This document shows, one piece after another, positions 27,410 to 41,300 of a stretch of 64,000 nucleotides of DNA. Each line of letters begins with the position of its first letter. Positions within the stretch are counted from its first letter, which is position 1. The notes under the pieces were generated by a model. That model did not search any database. It was given only the letters and a program-made list of their open reading frames with translations, and had not been told where the DNA came from. This DNA is from Octopus vulgaris (taxonomy: Eukaryota), in NCBI GenBank assembly GCA_951406725.2, contig OX597834.1:37138001-37202000 (forward strand), in the 5' to 3' direction. The translations under genes were made by a program, and so were the position numbers.

Positions 27410-27725
27410 AATGAAAGGCGGAAGATGGAATATACGAGAATTTATTATAGATTACATTTGTTTCGACACATCTAGCATCGATCCCTCACGGGTGGCACAC
27501 TCAACAACAGGTTCTGGAGAACCTGGCGGTGCAGATGTATCTCGCCAGGTGATAAATAGTCACAACTCGTTAAAATTACAATTCTGCAATATAGAGTAAA
27601 AGATAGAGTAAAGGAAACACTTTGAGATTTGAGGTTGTGTATATAAGTTGATAAGGATATAGAAGATTTAGAATTTGGATTGGAGAAAGAGTTCATATGT
27701 GCACGGTAATATTAAATTGTAATCG
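27410..27725 (-). mobile_element. PLE fragment: GIY-YIG piece plus degenerate hammerhead (27449-27553)
   Basis: HMNSFSNPNSKSSISLSTYIHNLK matches the Naiad EN. Reverse complement: CTGGCGA-gatacatct...agatgtgtc-GAAA-caaatg-TA. Confidence 0.65.
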
Positions 27726-27892
27726 TGCTATGGATGCGGATTATAGTCAAAAGCAACATGTTACATTAGGAAATAAGCGTAGTGATGCATTTAATAAATT
27801 CCATCTTTGAGTTATTATTAGTATATACGTGTTTAGTATATACTTGTTTCAGTCATTTAACAGCGACCATCCTGGAGCACCGCCTTAATATT

Positions 27893-27984
<92 letters not shown>

Positions 27985-28190
27985 TGCGCGCACGTATTTT
28001 AAGGTTGGTGCTGAACGAAATGTATAATGTTTCACTTAATCTTTGCCCGAAATTACTTCTGTTCCTGAGATATTAACAGAATTATCTCTCCTCTGGAATC
28101 ACGTTTCCTTTGCGATCAATCAGCTAGGACGATCATTTTTTTCCCTTCTAAGTACAAAGATCGGGTTCCTTAAACTTCAATTCACCTAAA

Positions 28191-28286
28191 TTATATCTCT
28201 TCGGTTAGTTCAAGCTCCGACGATTCATTTGTTGATCTTATGCATGGAAAGAACCGTGACTCCTTCAGCAGCTCTTTTAAATCATC
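28191..28286 (-). CDS. GPCR B exon 3 (helix 8 and C-tail); total protein about 323 aa
   Basis: Acceptor ttccag, then DDLKELLKESRFFPCIRSTNESSELELTEEI-TAA. Aligns with exon 3 of A. Confidence 0.85.
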   Translation of the reverse strand, partial: DDLKELLKESRFFPCIRSTNESSELELTEEI

Positions 28287-29377
28287 CTGGAATTAGAAAT
28301 AAATAGAGACAGATAGAGTCTTGCGCTTACAAGTATGTTGATATATATACGCGTGTGTGTGTGTGTCTGTATATACATACGTACATAAATACATACTTAG
28401 AAGCCGCACTGCGTGAAGCTCGGTGTTGAAGAGAGGAAAATCGTATGACTAGAATAAGTCCAATATGACTATATGCCCCAGTGGTGTTTGATCAGAAGTG
28501 AAGAACGTATGAGAATTAATTCTGTAATGCAATCATTCTATTGTTCCAGTCCCAAGATCAATTCCAACTGACGGTCAATTTGTCCCACAATCTCCCTTGT
28601 TTTCTGAGAAAGAAATTTCAAAAATGTAGACCGGAATATGGGGAGCCTACACAGACAGAATTTTCAATTATTATTATTATTATTATTATTATTATGAATG
28701 ATAGAAGAAAGGGGAATATTGTGTGGATCTACCGTCCCATAGCACGCCTAGACATAATCTGGAAGATACTGGAGTATGTATGTATGTATGTATGTATGTA
28801 TGTATGTATGTATGTATGTATGTATGTATGTATGTATGTATGTATGTATGTATGTATGTATGTATGTATGTATGTATGTATGTATGTATGAATCTATGTA
28901 TGTGTATTTATGTATATTGGGCAGGGAGATAAATACGTTCGTTTCTTTCCAATATTATTTGAACGAATGCGTTAAATATTATTATCGTAGGGTCCAATGA
29001 CTCTTTCTTTTGAATCTTGTAGCTCTAATCGTCCTCTACATCTTTAGTTTGTTGTTTGCAAATTGTGCCTAAAGTTTACCTCTTTCCAGGCAATGGTGTG
29101 CCAAATAGACACAAATGAACATTTCCCACACTTACAGCCATAATTCGATGTCAAGCAGACGTCAACCAGGTGTTAATGGTTTCCTGGCTGTCTGATGGTC
29201 TACCTTTAAATCGTAACGTGTTTTTGTTTCATTCTTATTCTTTACAAGCGTTCCTTCTTTGCTCAAAAGACAACTCACAAAGTGTCTTGCTTCAAATTGA
29301 TCAATGGCAGGATAAATTATCATTTCGACCAGGAATGGCAAGATTGGTGGTTTTGAAGGTAAGACATATATACATAC

Positions 29378-29457
<80 letters not shown>

Positions 29458-29510
29458 ATATATATATATATATGAATGGAATTTAACGCAGGTATAATTC
29501 AATTACCTTT

Positions 29511-29597
29511 ACTTCGGACACATGTTTCCAAGATTTCACTGATATTATTCAAAAGAATAAATAGTATAATGTATTGTAATCTTGTCATCAGTTAAGT
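29511..29597 (-). ncRNA. Hammerhead ribozyme in a solo pLTR (29475-29745), related to the 18378-19565 family
   Basis: Reverse complement: acttaa-CTGATGA-caagatt...aatcttg-GAAA-catgtg-TC-cgaagt; stem I partly mismatched. Confidence 0.65.
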
Positions 29598-29752
29598 GAA
29601 GAAATGAAACTCGTCAATAAGACATTTTAACAGAAAATGATGGATTTGTATAGTGATTTACTGAACGCTTTGGAAACCATAAACATGTAGTAACTATCTA
29701 TCTATTTTTCCGTGTTAATTGTTAAAAAGGGATAAATACACTCCCATATATA

Positions 29753-29974
<222 letters not shown>

Positions 29975-30678
29975 ATATATATATATGTTTATATATATCG
30001 TGGAGTAGATGAAACAAAGGCGACTGAAGAAGGGGAATTTTCCTTGTTTTGTATGTCCTGTGCTCTATTTTTTCGTTGTTTAGGAAGAATGTCCTTTTCC
30101 TTGGTGTTGTGTTTATCTTTTCGTTTCTCATTCTGTTCAACGTTTTTTTTTTTGTGTCCTGTACCCATATATGCATGTATATATGCGTGTAGAGGTAGGT
30201 ATGTACGTATATGTATGTATATATGCTTATGTTTTATTTATTTATTAATTATATATATATATATATATTAAAAAATGGATAAAATCTTTATAAGAATTTA
30301 TTTAGTAGTTAGCGTGAAAAACCACAAAAGACAAAAATATTCCATCAATGTTTTTCTTTACATGTATTCATTTTTATGTTATTGAGGGCATTCTTACACA
30401 TAAATGCCACACGCTAGGAGAGACTCTTAAAGTCAAAACTTCTATATATATATATATAGGGAGAATTCACAAAAAGTAAAACAAAGGACGAAGAAAGGTG
30501 GTGTAGACATCAAACAGATGTATTAGCTTAACGCTCGGGAAGTGAAAAAGTCTTTAACGTTTTAAGCCTACGCCCCTCCACAGAACACACAAATAGTTAG
30601 GGAGAGAAAATAAAGGTTTAGTTGCTAGCGACCTATCATAGCGAATATATATACACACAGACACACATACATACACAC

Positions 30679-30807
<129 letters not shown>

Positions 30808-30824
30808 CAGAGAGATAGAGAGAT

Positions 30825-30911
<87 letters not shown>

Positions 30912-30928
30912 TAGATAGACAGACAGAC

Positions 30929-30973
<45 letters not shown>

Positions 30974-30984
30974 TATAGATAGAC

Positions 30985-31054
<70 letters not shown>

Positions 31055-31271
31055 TCTGACAGACAGACAGATAGATAGGTGGTTATACTTAGAATGTCTT
31101 TCATCTTATGTCTCCTCAATCAAAGCTGTCCTAGAGTTAAACAACAAAGGTGATAAATACACATTCTTAATACGAACAGACGGTCACTGATGGAACGGCT
31201 TTGATCGTACTTTTGCTGGACCAGACGGCTCACCTCGTTTTAAATGAACAAAAATAACAAGATGAACTTAC

Positions 31272-31481
31272 TCTGAAGTTTTCATTCATGAAGCCATAGA
31301 TGATGGGGTTCACACAGGTGTGGGCAAGAGCTAACCATTGCAGGAAAAGCCATGTAAGAGTTGAACGGACATAAGAAAAACTTAAGTATTCACCTTCGTG
31401 TATGAGGAACAGTTGAAATATAGTGAAAGGTATCCAACATAAACCGAAAAGGACAACAATTACAAACAGCATGCTTACAAC
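31272..31481 (-). CDS. GPCR B exon 2 (TM6-TM7)
   Basis: Acceptor ttttcag; 210 nt, the same length as in A; CWIPF and [13 protein letters not shown]; donor GTAAGT. Confidence 0.92.
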
Positions 31482-31494
31482 CTGAAAATAGAAG

Positions 31495-31542
<48 letters not shown>

Positions 31543-31706
31543 TGTGCGTGTACGTGTGTGTGTATGTGTGTGTCTGTGTGTGTGTGTGTGTATAGATAGA
31601 TAGATAGGTATATATATGTATATATATATATTTATATATATATACATATGTATATATATATATATGTACATATGTGTATATATATATGTATATACATTTG
31701 TATATA

Positions 31707-31737
<31 letters not shown>

Positions 31738-34700
31738 ATTAGAGACAAAACCACTATTTTGCAAAACAAACAAGGAAAGACTTAATCGTATAGTTTGTTT
31801 ATCTGTATGAGTGTGGGTGTGTAAATATTGTTGTATATATCGAGTTTAGTGAGTATGTATATGCGTATATGTGAGGGAGTATATGTATATGTTGTGTGTG
31901 TGTGTTTTGCGTATGTGTGTTTGTGTGTGAATGTGTATATGGGTTTGTTATATAGGTTTGGGGATGTATGTGTTAATTTGTCTGTGTGGGGAGGGAGTGG
32001 GTTTTTGGTGTATATTGAGGTTTATACGTTAGTATAGGTATGTGTGAGTGAGGTGGGTATTTGTATAAGTCGTGGGTCTGTGGTTTACGTGTGTGTATTT
32101 GTGTGTGAATGTTTAGGTTAGGGGGATTGCTATATAGGTTTGTTATAGAGTTTAGCAAAGGGAGATTTTATCATTATATGTTTTCGTGAGTTTTGGTTTA
32201 TCATGGTAGTTTTGTTAAAGAATTCGTAGTAATTTGTCTATTTGCGATGTTTGTTGTTTTGTTGCATTGTTTCATTCATAATTTTTGAGTGGTGTTCGTC
32301 TTACCACGTGAATATTATTTTTAATTCCATTTTTCCATTTCTCCATTCATAATTTTAAAAGATGTTCGTTTCCAGAGCGGGAATACTTTTTATACATATG
32401 TTAGGTTCCTTGGTAACGTATTTTTGTTTGGTGTATATGTTGAGGCTTATATGTACTTGTGGGTGTGTGTGAGTGGGGTGGGTGTTTGTATTTGTTATGG
32501 GTGTGTGGTTTACGTGTGTGTATTTGTGTGTGAATGTATAGGTTAAAGGGATTGCTATATAAGTCTGTTATAGGGTTTAGTAAAGGGAGGTTTTATCATT
32601 TATGTTTTTATGTACAAACGTGCATAGTAAAGGGAGCCCCATCACTACACTCAATGCATACTCTCACCTATCCGCACGGATGTGGAAGCGAATCACCGGT
32701 GTATATATTGAGGCTCATACGTAGCACTATGGAAGCGAACGTCATTGAAATTATGAATGGAATAAATGGAATTGGGAATTGTAACCGGGTGGTGGGCTAG
32801 CGTTGCTTAGGATTGGGAGTGGAATAGTGTAGTGAAATGGCAGACGTCGGGAATAGACGTGGATTGCTGCGAGTTATTTATTGAAACTGCCAGGATAAGC
32901 TAGAGCTCATAAATACATATAATAATTTATCATGGTAGTTTTATTAAAGAATCCATTCATAATTTTTTTGAGTAGTGTTGGTTTGCCGCGTGAATATAGT
33001 TTTTAGTTCCATTTATTCTATTTCTCCATTCATAATTTTAAGTGACGTTTGCTTCCATGGCGCGTATTCTTTTTATACATAAGTTATGTTCCTATGGTAA
33101 CGTAATTTGGTTTGGTTTTTTTAACGGCTTAGAATTTAATTTCACTTCATAATTTGAAACTGACTTGTAAGTATGTATATTATTTCTCCTTATGTCATAT
33201 TGTTATTTTTGATATTATGGTTAATTACGATGTATTTTATATATCGTTTTATGTGTAATAATGTTGTTTTTCTTTGGAGTGTTTATGTATGTGAGATTGT
33301 GTGTGAGTGTGTGCGTATTTTGGTTGTATAGTTTGTTTATCTGTATGAGTGTGGGTGTGTAAATATTGTTGTATATATCGAGTTTAGTGAGTATGTATAT
33401 GCGTATATGTGAGGGAGTATATGTATATGTTGTGTGTGTGTGTTTTGCGTATGTGTGTTTGTGTGTGAATGTGTATATGGGTTTGTTATATAGGTTTGGG
33501 GATGTATGTGTTAATTTGTCTGTGTGGGGAGGGAGTGGGTTTTTGGTGTATATTGAGGTTTATACGTTAGTATAGGTATGTGTGAGTGAGGTGGGTATTT
33601 GTATAAGTCGTGGGTCTGTGGTTTACGTGTGTGTATTTGTGTGTGAATGTTTAGGTTAGGGGGATTGCTATATAGGTTTGTTATAGAGTTTAGCAAAGGG
33701 AGATTTTATCATTATATGTTTTTATGAGTTTTGGTTTATCATGGTAGTTTTGTTAAAGAATTCGTAGTAATTTGTCTATTTGCGGTGTTTGTTGTTTTAT
33801 TGCATTATTTCATTCATAATTTTTGAGTGGTGTTCGTTTTACCACGTGAATATTATTTTTAATTCCATTTTTCCATTTCTCCATTCATAATTTTAAAAGA
33901 TGTTCGTTTCCAGAGCGGGAATACTTTTTATACATATGTTAGGTTCCTTGGTAACGTAATTTTGTTTGGTGGATATGTTGAGGCTTATATGTACTTGTGG
34001 GTGTGTGTGAGTGGGTGTTTGTATTTGTTATGGGTGTGTGGTTTACGTGTGTGTATTTGTGTGTGAATGTATAGGTTAAAGGGATTGCTATATAAGTATG
34101 TTATAGGGTTTAGTAAAGGGGGAGGTTTTATCATTTATGTTTTTATGAGTTTTAATTATTCTGGTTACTTACGATGTATTTTATATATCGTATTATGTGT
34201 AATAATGTTGTTTTTCTTTGGAGTGTTTATGTATGTGGGATTGTGTGTGAGTGTGTGCGTATTTTGGTTGTATAATTTGTTTGTCTGTGTGAGTGTGGGT
34301 GTGTTAATATTGTTGTATATATCGAGTTTAGTGAGTATGTATATGTATATGGTGTGTGTTTTACGTATGTATATTTGTGTGTGAATGTGTTTATGGGTTT
34401 GCTATATAGGTTTGGGGATGTATGTGTTTATTTGTCTGTGTGGGGTTGAGTGGGTTTTTGGAGTATATATTGAGGTTTATATGTATGTATAGGTATGTGT
34501 GAGTGAGGTGGGTATTTGTATATGTCGTGGGTGTGTGGTTTACGTGTGTGTATTTGTGTGTGAATGTTTAGGTTAGGGGGATTGCTATATAGGTATGTTA
34601 TAGAGTTTAGTAAAGGGAGATTTTATCATTATATGTTTTTATGAGTTTTGGTTTGTCATGGTAGTTTTGTTAAGGAATTCGTAGTAATTTGTGTCTATTT

Positions 34701-35027
34701 ACGATGTCTGTTGTTTTATTGTATTGTTTCATTCATAATTTTTAAGTAATGTTCGTTTTACCAAGTGAATATAATTTTTAATTCCATTTGTTCCATTTCT
34801 CCATTCATAATTTTAAATGATGTCCGTTTCCAGAGCGGGAATGTGGGTTGTATGTGTGTGTGAGGGAGTATGAATAAGTATTGTGTTGAAGTATTTGGCT
34901 ATTTTATTTATTTATCGTTGCCTAGACGTTTTTATGTGTATGTATAGGGATATATATATAGGTGTGTGATTTAGTGTATGTATTTAGAGATGGTTATATA
35001 TAATTAGTTATATGTGTATGGGTGTAT

Positions 35028-35357
35028 GATTGATTGATTGATTCTAGTTTCAGCTTATGAGCTGTGGCCATGCTGGGGCACTTCCATTTGGTGTTGCTAC
35101 TTGGTTTCACTTCATGGAGGCTTTCTAGCAACTGCTATTTGGTGCATGAGAGAGTTTGATGCAGCTGCCCTCATCTGCCCCTCCTGCCGTGAAGTTGGTT
35201 CATCTGGGACACCTGACAGGAAGAGATCCAGCTTCATTTTAAAGACATCTGTATCCACCCCATGCAGGTCTCTCAGGTTCTTCGGGAGGATATTGAAGAG
35301 CTGTGGGCCTCGGAAGCCCAGGCTATCACAGAATCTTGTCCTACATCTTGATGGCAG
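35028..35357 (-). mobile_element. 5'-truncated CR1-like LINE 3' end, inserted in the left pLTR only
   Basis: Minus frame reads ..GFRGPQLFNILPKNLRDLHGVDTDVFKMKLDLFLSGVPDEP..; (TCAA)n tail; gtat duplicated on both sides; absent from the right pLTR at ~43467. Confidence 0.75.
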
Positions 35358-35581
35358 GTATATATAGTTTATTTTTTGTTTTGTTTTGTTTTATATTTTA
35401 TATTTTATATTTTATATTTAATTGTTGATAGGTTTATTTTAGTTTATATATTGTTTATATATTGATTATATATGGATTATATATAGGTTATATATAGATT
35501 ATATATTTATATTTTTTCATTAATACTTTAATTATTTTAAAATTTTTATATTTTAAAATATTGATATTTTAGATTGGAAGT

Positions 35582-35624
35582 CCACCTGAAGATTGTCGAT
35601 CAGGACAAGAAACAATTGTAGTGG
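35582..35624 (+). ncRNA. Minimal type I hammerhead ribozyme (5' pLTR)
   Basis: ccac-CTGAAGA-ttgtc(gatcag)gacaa-GAAA-caattg-TA-gtgg: intact core, palindromic stem III, GUA cleavage triplet. Confidence 0.9.
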
Positions 35625-35859
35625 CAGTTTTTTTGACTTTTTATTAAAATTTTATGTATTGATTAAGTCTTTCCTTGTTTGTTTTGCAAAATAGTGGTTT
35701 TGTCTCTAATAATATTATATAATATTTTACTATAAAAATGGATTTAATCCTAAATCTGATTTTTTCCCTGTAAATTTGGATTTATTCCCTAATATTTATT
35801 ATTTTTATTTAATATTGATAATTTTGTATATTGAGTGTAATACCTCAATTTTGTAAATT

Positions 35860-38397
35860 ATGGATTTTACAGGTAAGATAGAACCGCCGTTTTGGGATTC
35901 ATCTTTGAAAGATATTCCTATTCCTTCTAGAAAGGAATTTATCTTGAAACTTGTTAATAATGTTAAAGATTTTATTTCTAGAATTAAATGGAAAGCTTTT
36001 TACTATAATTTTTATTTATTTAATGATATTGATAGTAGGAATGATAATTTTACCTCTAAATTTAAATCTAGAAAGGAACCTCCATTTAATAAAGAATTAC
36101 AATTACTTGAAGATAGTATATGGAAGGTGGTAAAAAATATTGAATTCCATAAATACGCAAATAGAAATAATGAATATTTAAGGAACTTAGCAATTAAAAT
36201 TAAAGATATGAGAAATATGGATGGTATTATAGTACAATCTGATAAAACAAGGAACCTATATAAATTAGATGTTAAATTATATGATAAACTATTAGGGAAA
36301 GAAATAATTAAAAAATATAAAATTGTTCCAGATGATATTCTTTATAATATTAATAAGGCCTCTAAATTAGTAATGTTAAAATATGAGTTGGATAATAAAA
36401 CTGAACCTTATGTACCTTTGCACCCCAGAATTACTCTTAAAGACCATAAAGATAATTTTTATTGAGACCCTAAAGTTAGATTAATTTGCCCATGTAAATC
36501 GGACCTAGGTAAATTAAGTAAATTTATTTTAGATAAATATATCGATAAGTTAAATAAACTTAATTATTTAAAATTATGGTTTAGTAATAACAATACATTG
36601 AAATGGTTTAATAATATTAAAGATAAAAATCGTTATAAATTTATTCAAATAGATATAGATAATTATTATTCTTCTATTAATGAAATTGTGTTTAATAAAG
36701 CGCTTATTTTCGCAATGAATAAAGTGGGTATGTCACGGGAAGAAGTTAATGTAATTAAAATGGCTAGGAAATCGCTAATTAAATATAAAAATAAATTATG
36801 GGCTAGGAATGATACTAGAGATTGTTTTGATATACCTATGGGAGCACCAGATTCTGCACAGGCTACTGATTTAGTAGGTATTTTTCTTTTATCTGAACTC
36901 CAATTAGAAAATCTTAAGATAGAGGGTGGCTTATATAGAGACGATCTTCTACTAGTTACAAAGAATTGTACTAATAGGAATCTAGAAGTATATAAGAAAA
37001 AACTATATAGTTTCTTTAAAAGATATGGTTTAAGTGTTACTATATATAAGGAGAATTATAATGTTAATTATTTAGATGTTAATTTTAATCTTATTACTGG
37101 TAAAACACAACCATATCATAAACTTAATGAGAACCTTAGATATATAAATGTTAATAGTAATCACCCATTTTCTATTAAAAAATCGTTGATTAATAATATA
37201 AGTAAACGTATTTCATTACTCTCTTATGATATAGAGATTTTTAATAAACATGCTAATTATTATAATGAGGCCCTTAGAGGGGCAGGTTATAATAGGAATA
37301 TTAAATTTTATAATATTAGTGATAAAGATTTAAATGATAATTTTCGAGATACTTCTAATAATAATTATAATTTTGTTAGGTTTGGTGGTAAAAATAGTAG
37401 ATATTATAAAAATAATAAAAATGATAAAAATATAAATAATAATAATAATAATAATAATAAAAATAATAATAATAATAATAAAAATAATAATAATAATAAT
37501 ACAAATAAGAATAATAAAAATAAAAATAAATTTAATAATTATTATAATAATTATATTGATAAAATTAATAATATTAATAATTCCTTAAATGCTGTACATA
37601 GATATAATTCTGATAATAATTTTAATAAAATAAATAATTATAAATATATTTATAATAATGATAATAATAATAAGGATAATAAGAATAAAATTTGGTTAAT
37701 AGTTCCTTATGGAGATCAAGTAAAAACGAATATTATTAAAGAGATTTTAGATGTTATTGAACTATTTATTAGAGATAATCGTAAATATAGAAACATTTTC
37801 TCTATTAATAATTTTGGAGTAGGTTATTCTACCACTAATAATGTAGGTAACATTATTTCTTCATTTAATAAATATAAACTGAATAATTTTTATAAAAAGA
37901 AATTATTAGGTAATAATATTAATAATGATAAGACTTATATTAATTGTACATGTAGAGTTAAATCTAATTGTATATTAAATAATAAATGTGATATTAACGA
38001 TGTAGTGTATAAATGTATAGTTACATTACATGATAATAACTTTAAGAATAATAATTACCCAAAAGCGGTTTATATAGGTTCTACTTCCTCAAAAATAAAA
38101 TTAAGAATCGCACAACATATGAATTCTTTTAAAAATAAAAACTTAATCAACTCAACCGGACTTAGTAAGTACATTTGGAGTCTTAAATCACTAAATATTA
38201 ATTATAGTTTAATTTGGGAAATAATTTGTAAAACTAAATCATATACTATAGGAGCTAATTGTTGTTATTTATGCTCTAATGAGTTAAAAGAAATTTTATT
38301 TTATAAGTATGATAATTTACTTAATACTGGTGAAGAGCGCAAAATAAAATGCAGACATAAGTTACTTTACCTATATAATAAGTTTCATGATAAATAG
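35860..38397 (+). pseudogene. PLE polyprotein: reverse transcriptase + GIY-YIG endonuclease, 845 codons with one in-frame TGA at 36463-36465
   Basis: ORFs 35860-36465 and 36598-38397 are in the same frame. RT motifs ITLKDHK, MGAPDSA and GLYRDD. Cys knuckle CTCR..C..C, then VVYKC..YIGST, CYLC..E and LN..E..CRH, typical of the Naiad/Chlamys clade. Confidence 0.9.
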
Positions 38398-41300
38398 CTT
38401 TAATAGTTCCCTATTAGGTTACTTTAGTTTAGTTTAATTTAGTTTAGATAATTATATTTATTTGGTTATGCAGTCTAGGCTTTAATTATAGTTAGTCTTT
38501 ATTGATATTTCTTTGTTTTAATTAGTTCATTTTTAATGTATATTAATATAACAGTTTATGGTACGTTAAAACTTTAATAATTTATATTAGATTTTTTTAT
38601 TTTCTTTAATTATATATTTTTTTTATTTTTATTTTATTTTATTATGTATTTTTATTATGTATTTGTTATATGTATATTGGAGGATATATTTATATGGATG
38701 ATGGGTGTTATTTAGTGGTGTATATATTGAGTTTTGTATGTATGTGTGAATGTTTACGATCCCTTTGTTTTTTATTTGGTATGTTGAATTGACAGATTTT
38801 ATTTGGGTATTGTCTGTTATAATAAAGTACACACACCCATAACAAATACAAGTGCCCACCTCATTCGCGCGTACCTGGAATAACGTATGAGCCTCAACAT
38901 ATACACCAAGGGACCACTCCCGCCCCACACGGACAGATAAACACATACATCCCCAAAAATGGGCGCAATCCCACTCACACCAATAATACATGTATACAAT
39001 TACACACACAAGAACAATACATAACTAACCCAAATATACAGAACATACCACAAATCACCAACAAACCACCATCACAAATGAAACCCACACCCATACAATG
39101 ACAAAACTCCCCCCTCCATACCCAATTACACCCACATAGCAATCCCCATATATTCATCCATACACAGGCGCGCATGCGCAGAACACACACACACAACACA
39201 TACGTACAACCCCCCAAACACACTCATATACATACGTATCAGACTCGACATCCACAACAATACGCTCACATCCACTCACACCCAGATAAACAAACTACAC
39301 AACCAAAAAACGCACACACACACGTGTGCGTATTTTAATTGTGCAATTCACCCATCCGCATGAATGCGGGCGCGAACACACCGTTGCACATATCGAGCCC
39401 AACAAGCATGCACATATACATGTGAGGGGTACACGCACATGCCGTGCGTGTATACCCCCCGCACTTATACCCGTGCGCGAATATACATATGGAGACTACA
39501 ACACAGGCACAAACGTGCATAGCAAAGGGAGCCCCATCACTACACTCAATGCATACTCTTACCCATCCGCACGGATGTGGAAGCGAATCACCGGTGCATA
39601 TGTTGAGGCTCATGCGTGGCACTATGGAGGCGAACGTCATTGAAATTGTGAATGGAATAGGTGGAATTGGGAATTGTAACCGGGTGGTGGGCTAGCGTTG
39701 CTTGAGATTGGGAGTGGAATAGTGTAGTGAAATGGCAGACGTCGGGAATAGACGTGGATTGCTGCGAGTTATTTATTGAAACTGCCAGGATAAGCTAGAG
39801 CTCATAAATACATATAATAATTTATCATGGTAGTTTTATTAAAGAATCCATTCATAATTTTTTTGAGTAGTGTTGGTTTGCCGCGTGAATATAGTTTTTA
39901 GTTCCATTTATTCTATTTCTCCATTCATAATTTTAAGTGACGTTTGCTTCCATGGCGCGTATTCTTTTTATACATAAGTTATGTTCCTATGGTAACGTAA
40001 TTTGGTTTGGTTTTTTTAACGGCTTAGAATTTAATTTCACTTCATAATTTGAAACTGACTTGTAAGTATGTATATTATTTCTCCTTATGTCATATTGTTA
40101 TTTTTGATATTATGGTTAATTACGATGTATTTTATATATCGTTTTATGTGTAATAATGTTGTTTTTCTTTGGAGTGTTTATGTATGTGAGATTGTGTGTG
40201 AGTGTGTGCGTATTTTGGTTGTATAGTTTGTTTATCTGTATAGTTTGTTTATCTGTATGAGTGTGGGTGTGTAAATATTGTTGTATATATCGAGTTTAGT
40301 GAGTATGTATATGCGTATATGTGAGGGAGTATATGTATATGTTGTGTGTGTGTGTTTTGCGTATGTGTGTTTGTGTGTGAATGTGTATATGGGTTTGTTA
40401 TATAGGTTTGGGGATGTATGTGTTAATTTGTCTGTGTGGGGAGGGAGTGGGTTTTTGGTGTATATTGAGGTTTATACGTTAGTATAGGTATGTGTGAGTG
40501 AGGTGGGTATTTGTATAAGTCGTGGGTCTGTGGTTTACGTGTGTGTATTTGTGTGTGAATGTTTAGGTTAGGGGGATTGCTATATAGGTTTGTTATAGAG
40601 TTTAGCAAAGGGAGATTTTATCATTATATGTTTTTGTGAGTTTTGGTTTATCATGGTAGTTTTGTTAAAGAATTCGTAGTAGCTTGTCTATTTGCGATGT
40701 TTGTTGTTTTGTTGCATTGTTTCATTCATAATTTTTGAGTGGTGTTCGTCTTACCACGTGAATATTATTTTTAATTCCATTTTTCCATTTCTCCATTCAT
40801 AATTTTAAAAGATGTTCGTTTCCAGAGCGGGAATACTTTTTATACATATGTTAGGTTCCTTGGTAACGTATTTTTGTTTGGTGTATATGTTGAGGCTTAT
40901 ATGTACTTGTGGGTGTGTGTGAGTGGGGTGGGTGTTTGTATTTGTTATGGGTGTGTGGTTTACGTGTGTGTATTTGTGTGTGAATGTATAGGTTAAAGGG
41001 ATTGCTATATAAGTATGTTATAGGGTTTAGTAAAGGGAGGTTTTATCATTTATGTTTTTAGGTACAAACGTGCATAGTAAAGGGAGCCCCATCACTACAC
41101 TCAATGCATACTCTCACCCATCCGCACGGATGTGGAAGCGAATCACCGGTGTATATATTGAGGCTCATACGTAGCACTATGGAAGCGAACGTCATTGAAA
41201 TTATGAATGGAATAAATGGAATTGGGAATTGTAACCGAGTGGTGGGCTAGCGTTGCTTAGGATTGGGAGTGGAATAATGTAGTAAAGTGGCAGACATCGG

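Noticed and set aside
31828-34384. Repeated 61-105 aa hydrophobic ORFs in the pLTR (also 40278-42829)
   Set aside because: By-products of GT-rich tandem repeats; no motifs, and they are identical only because of recent duplication.
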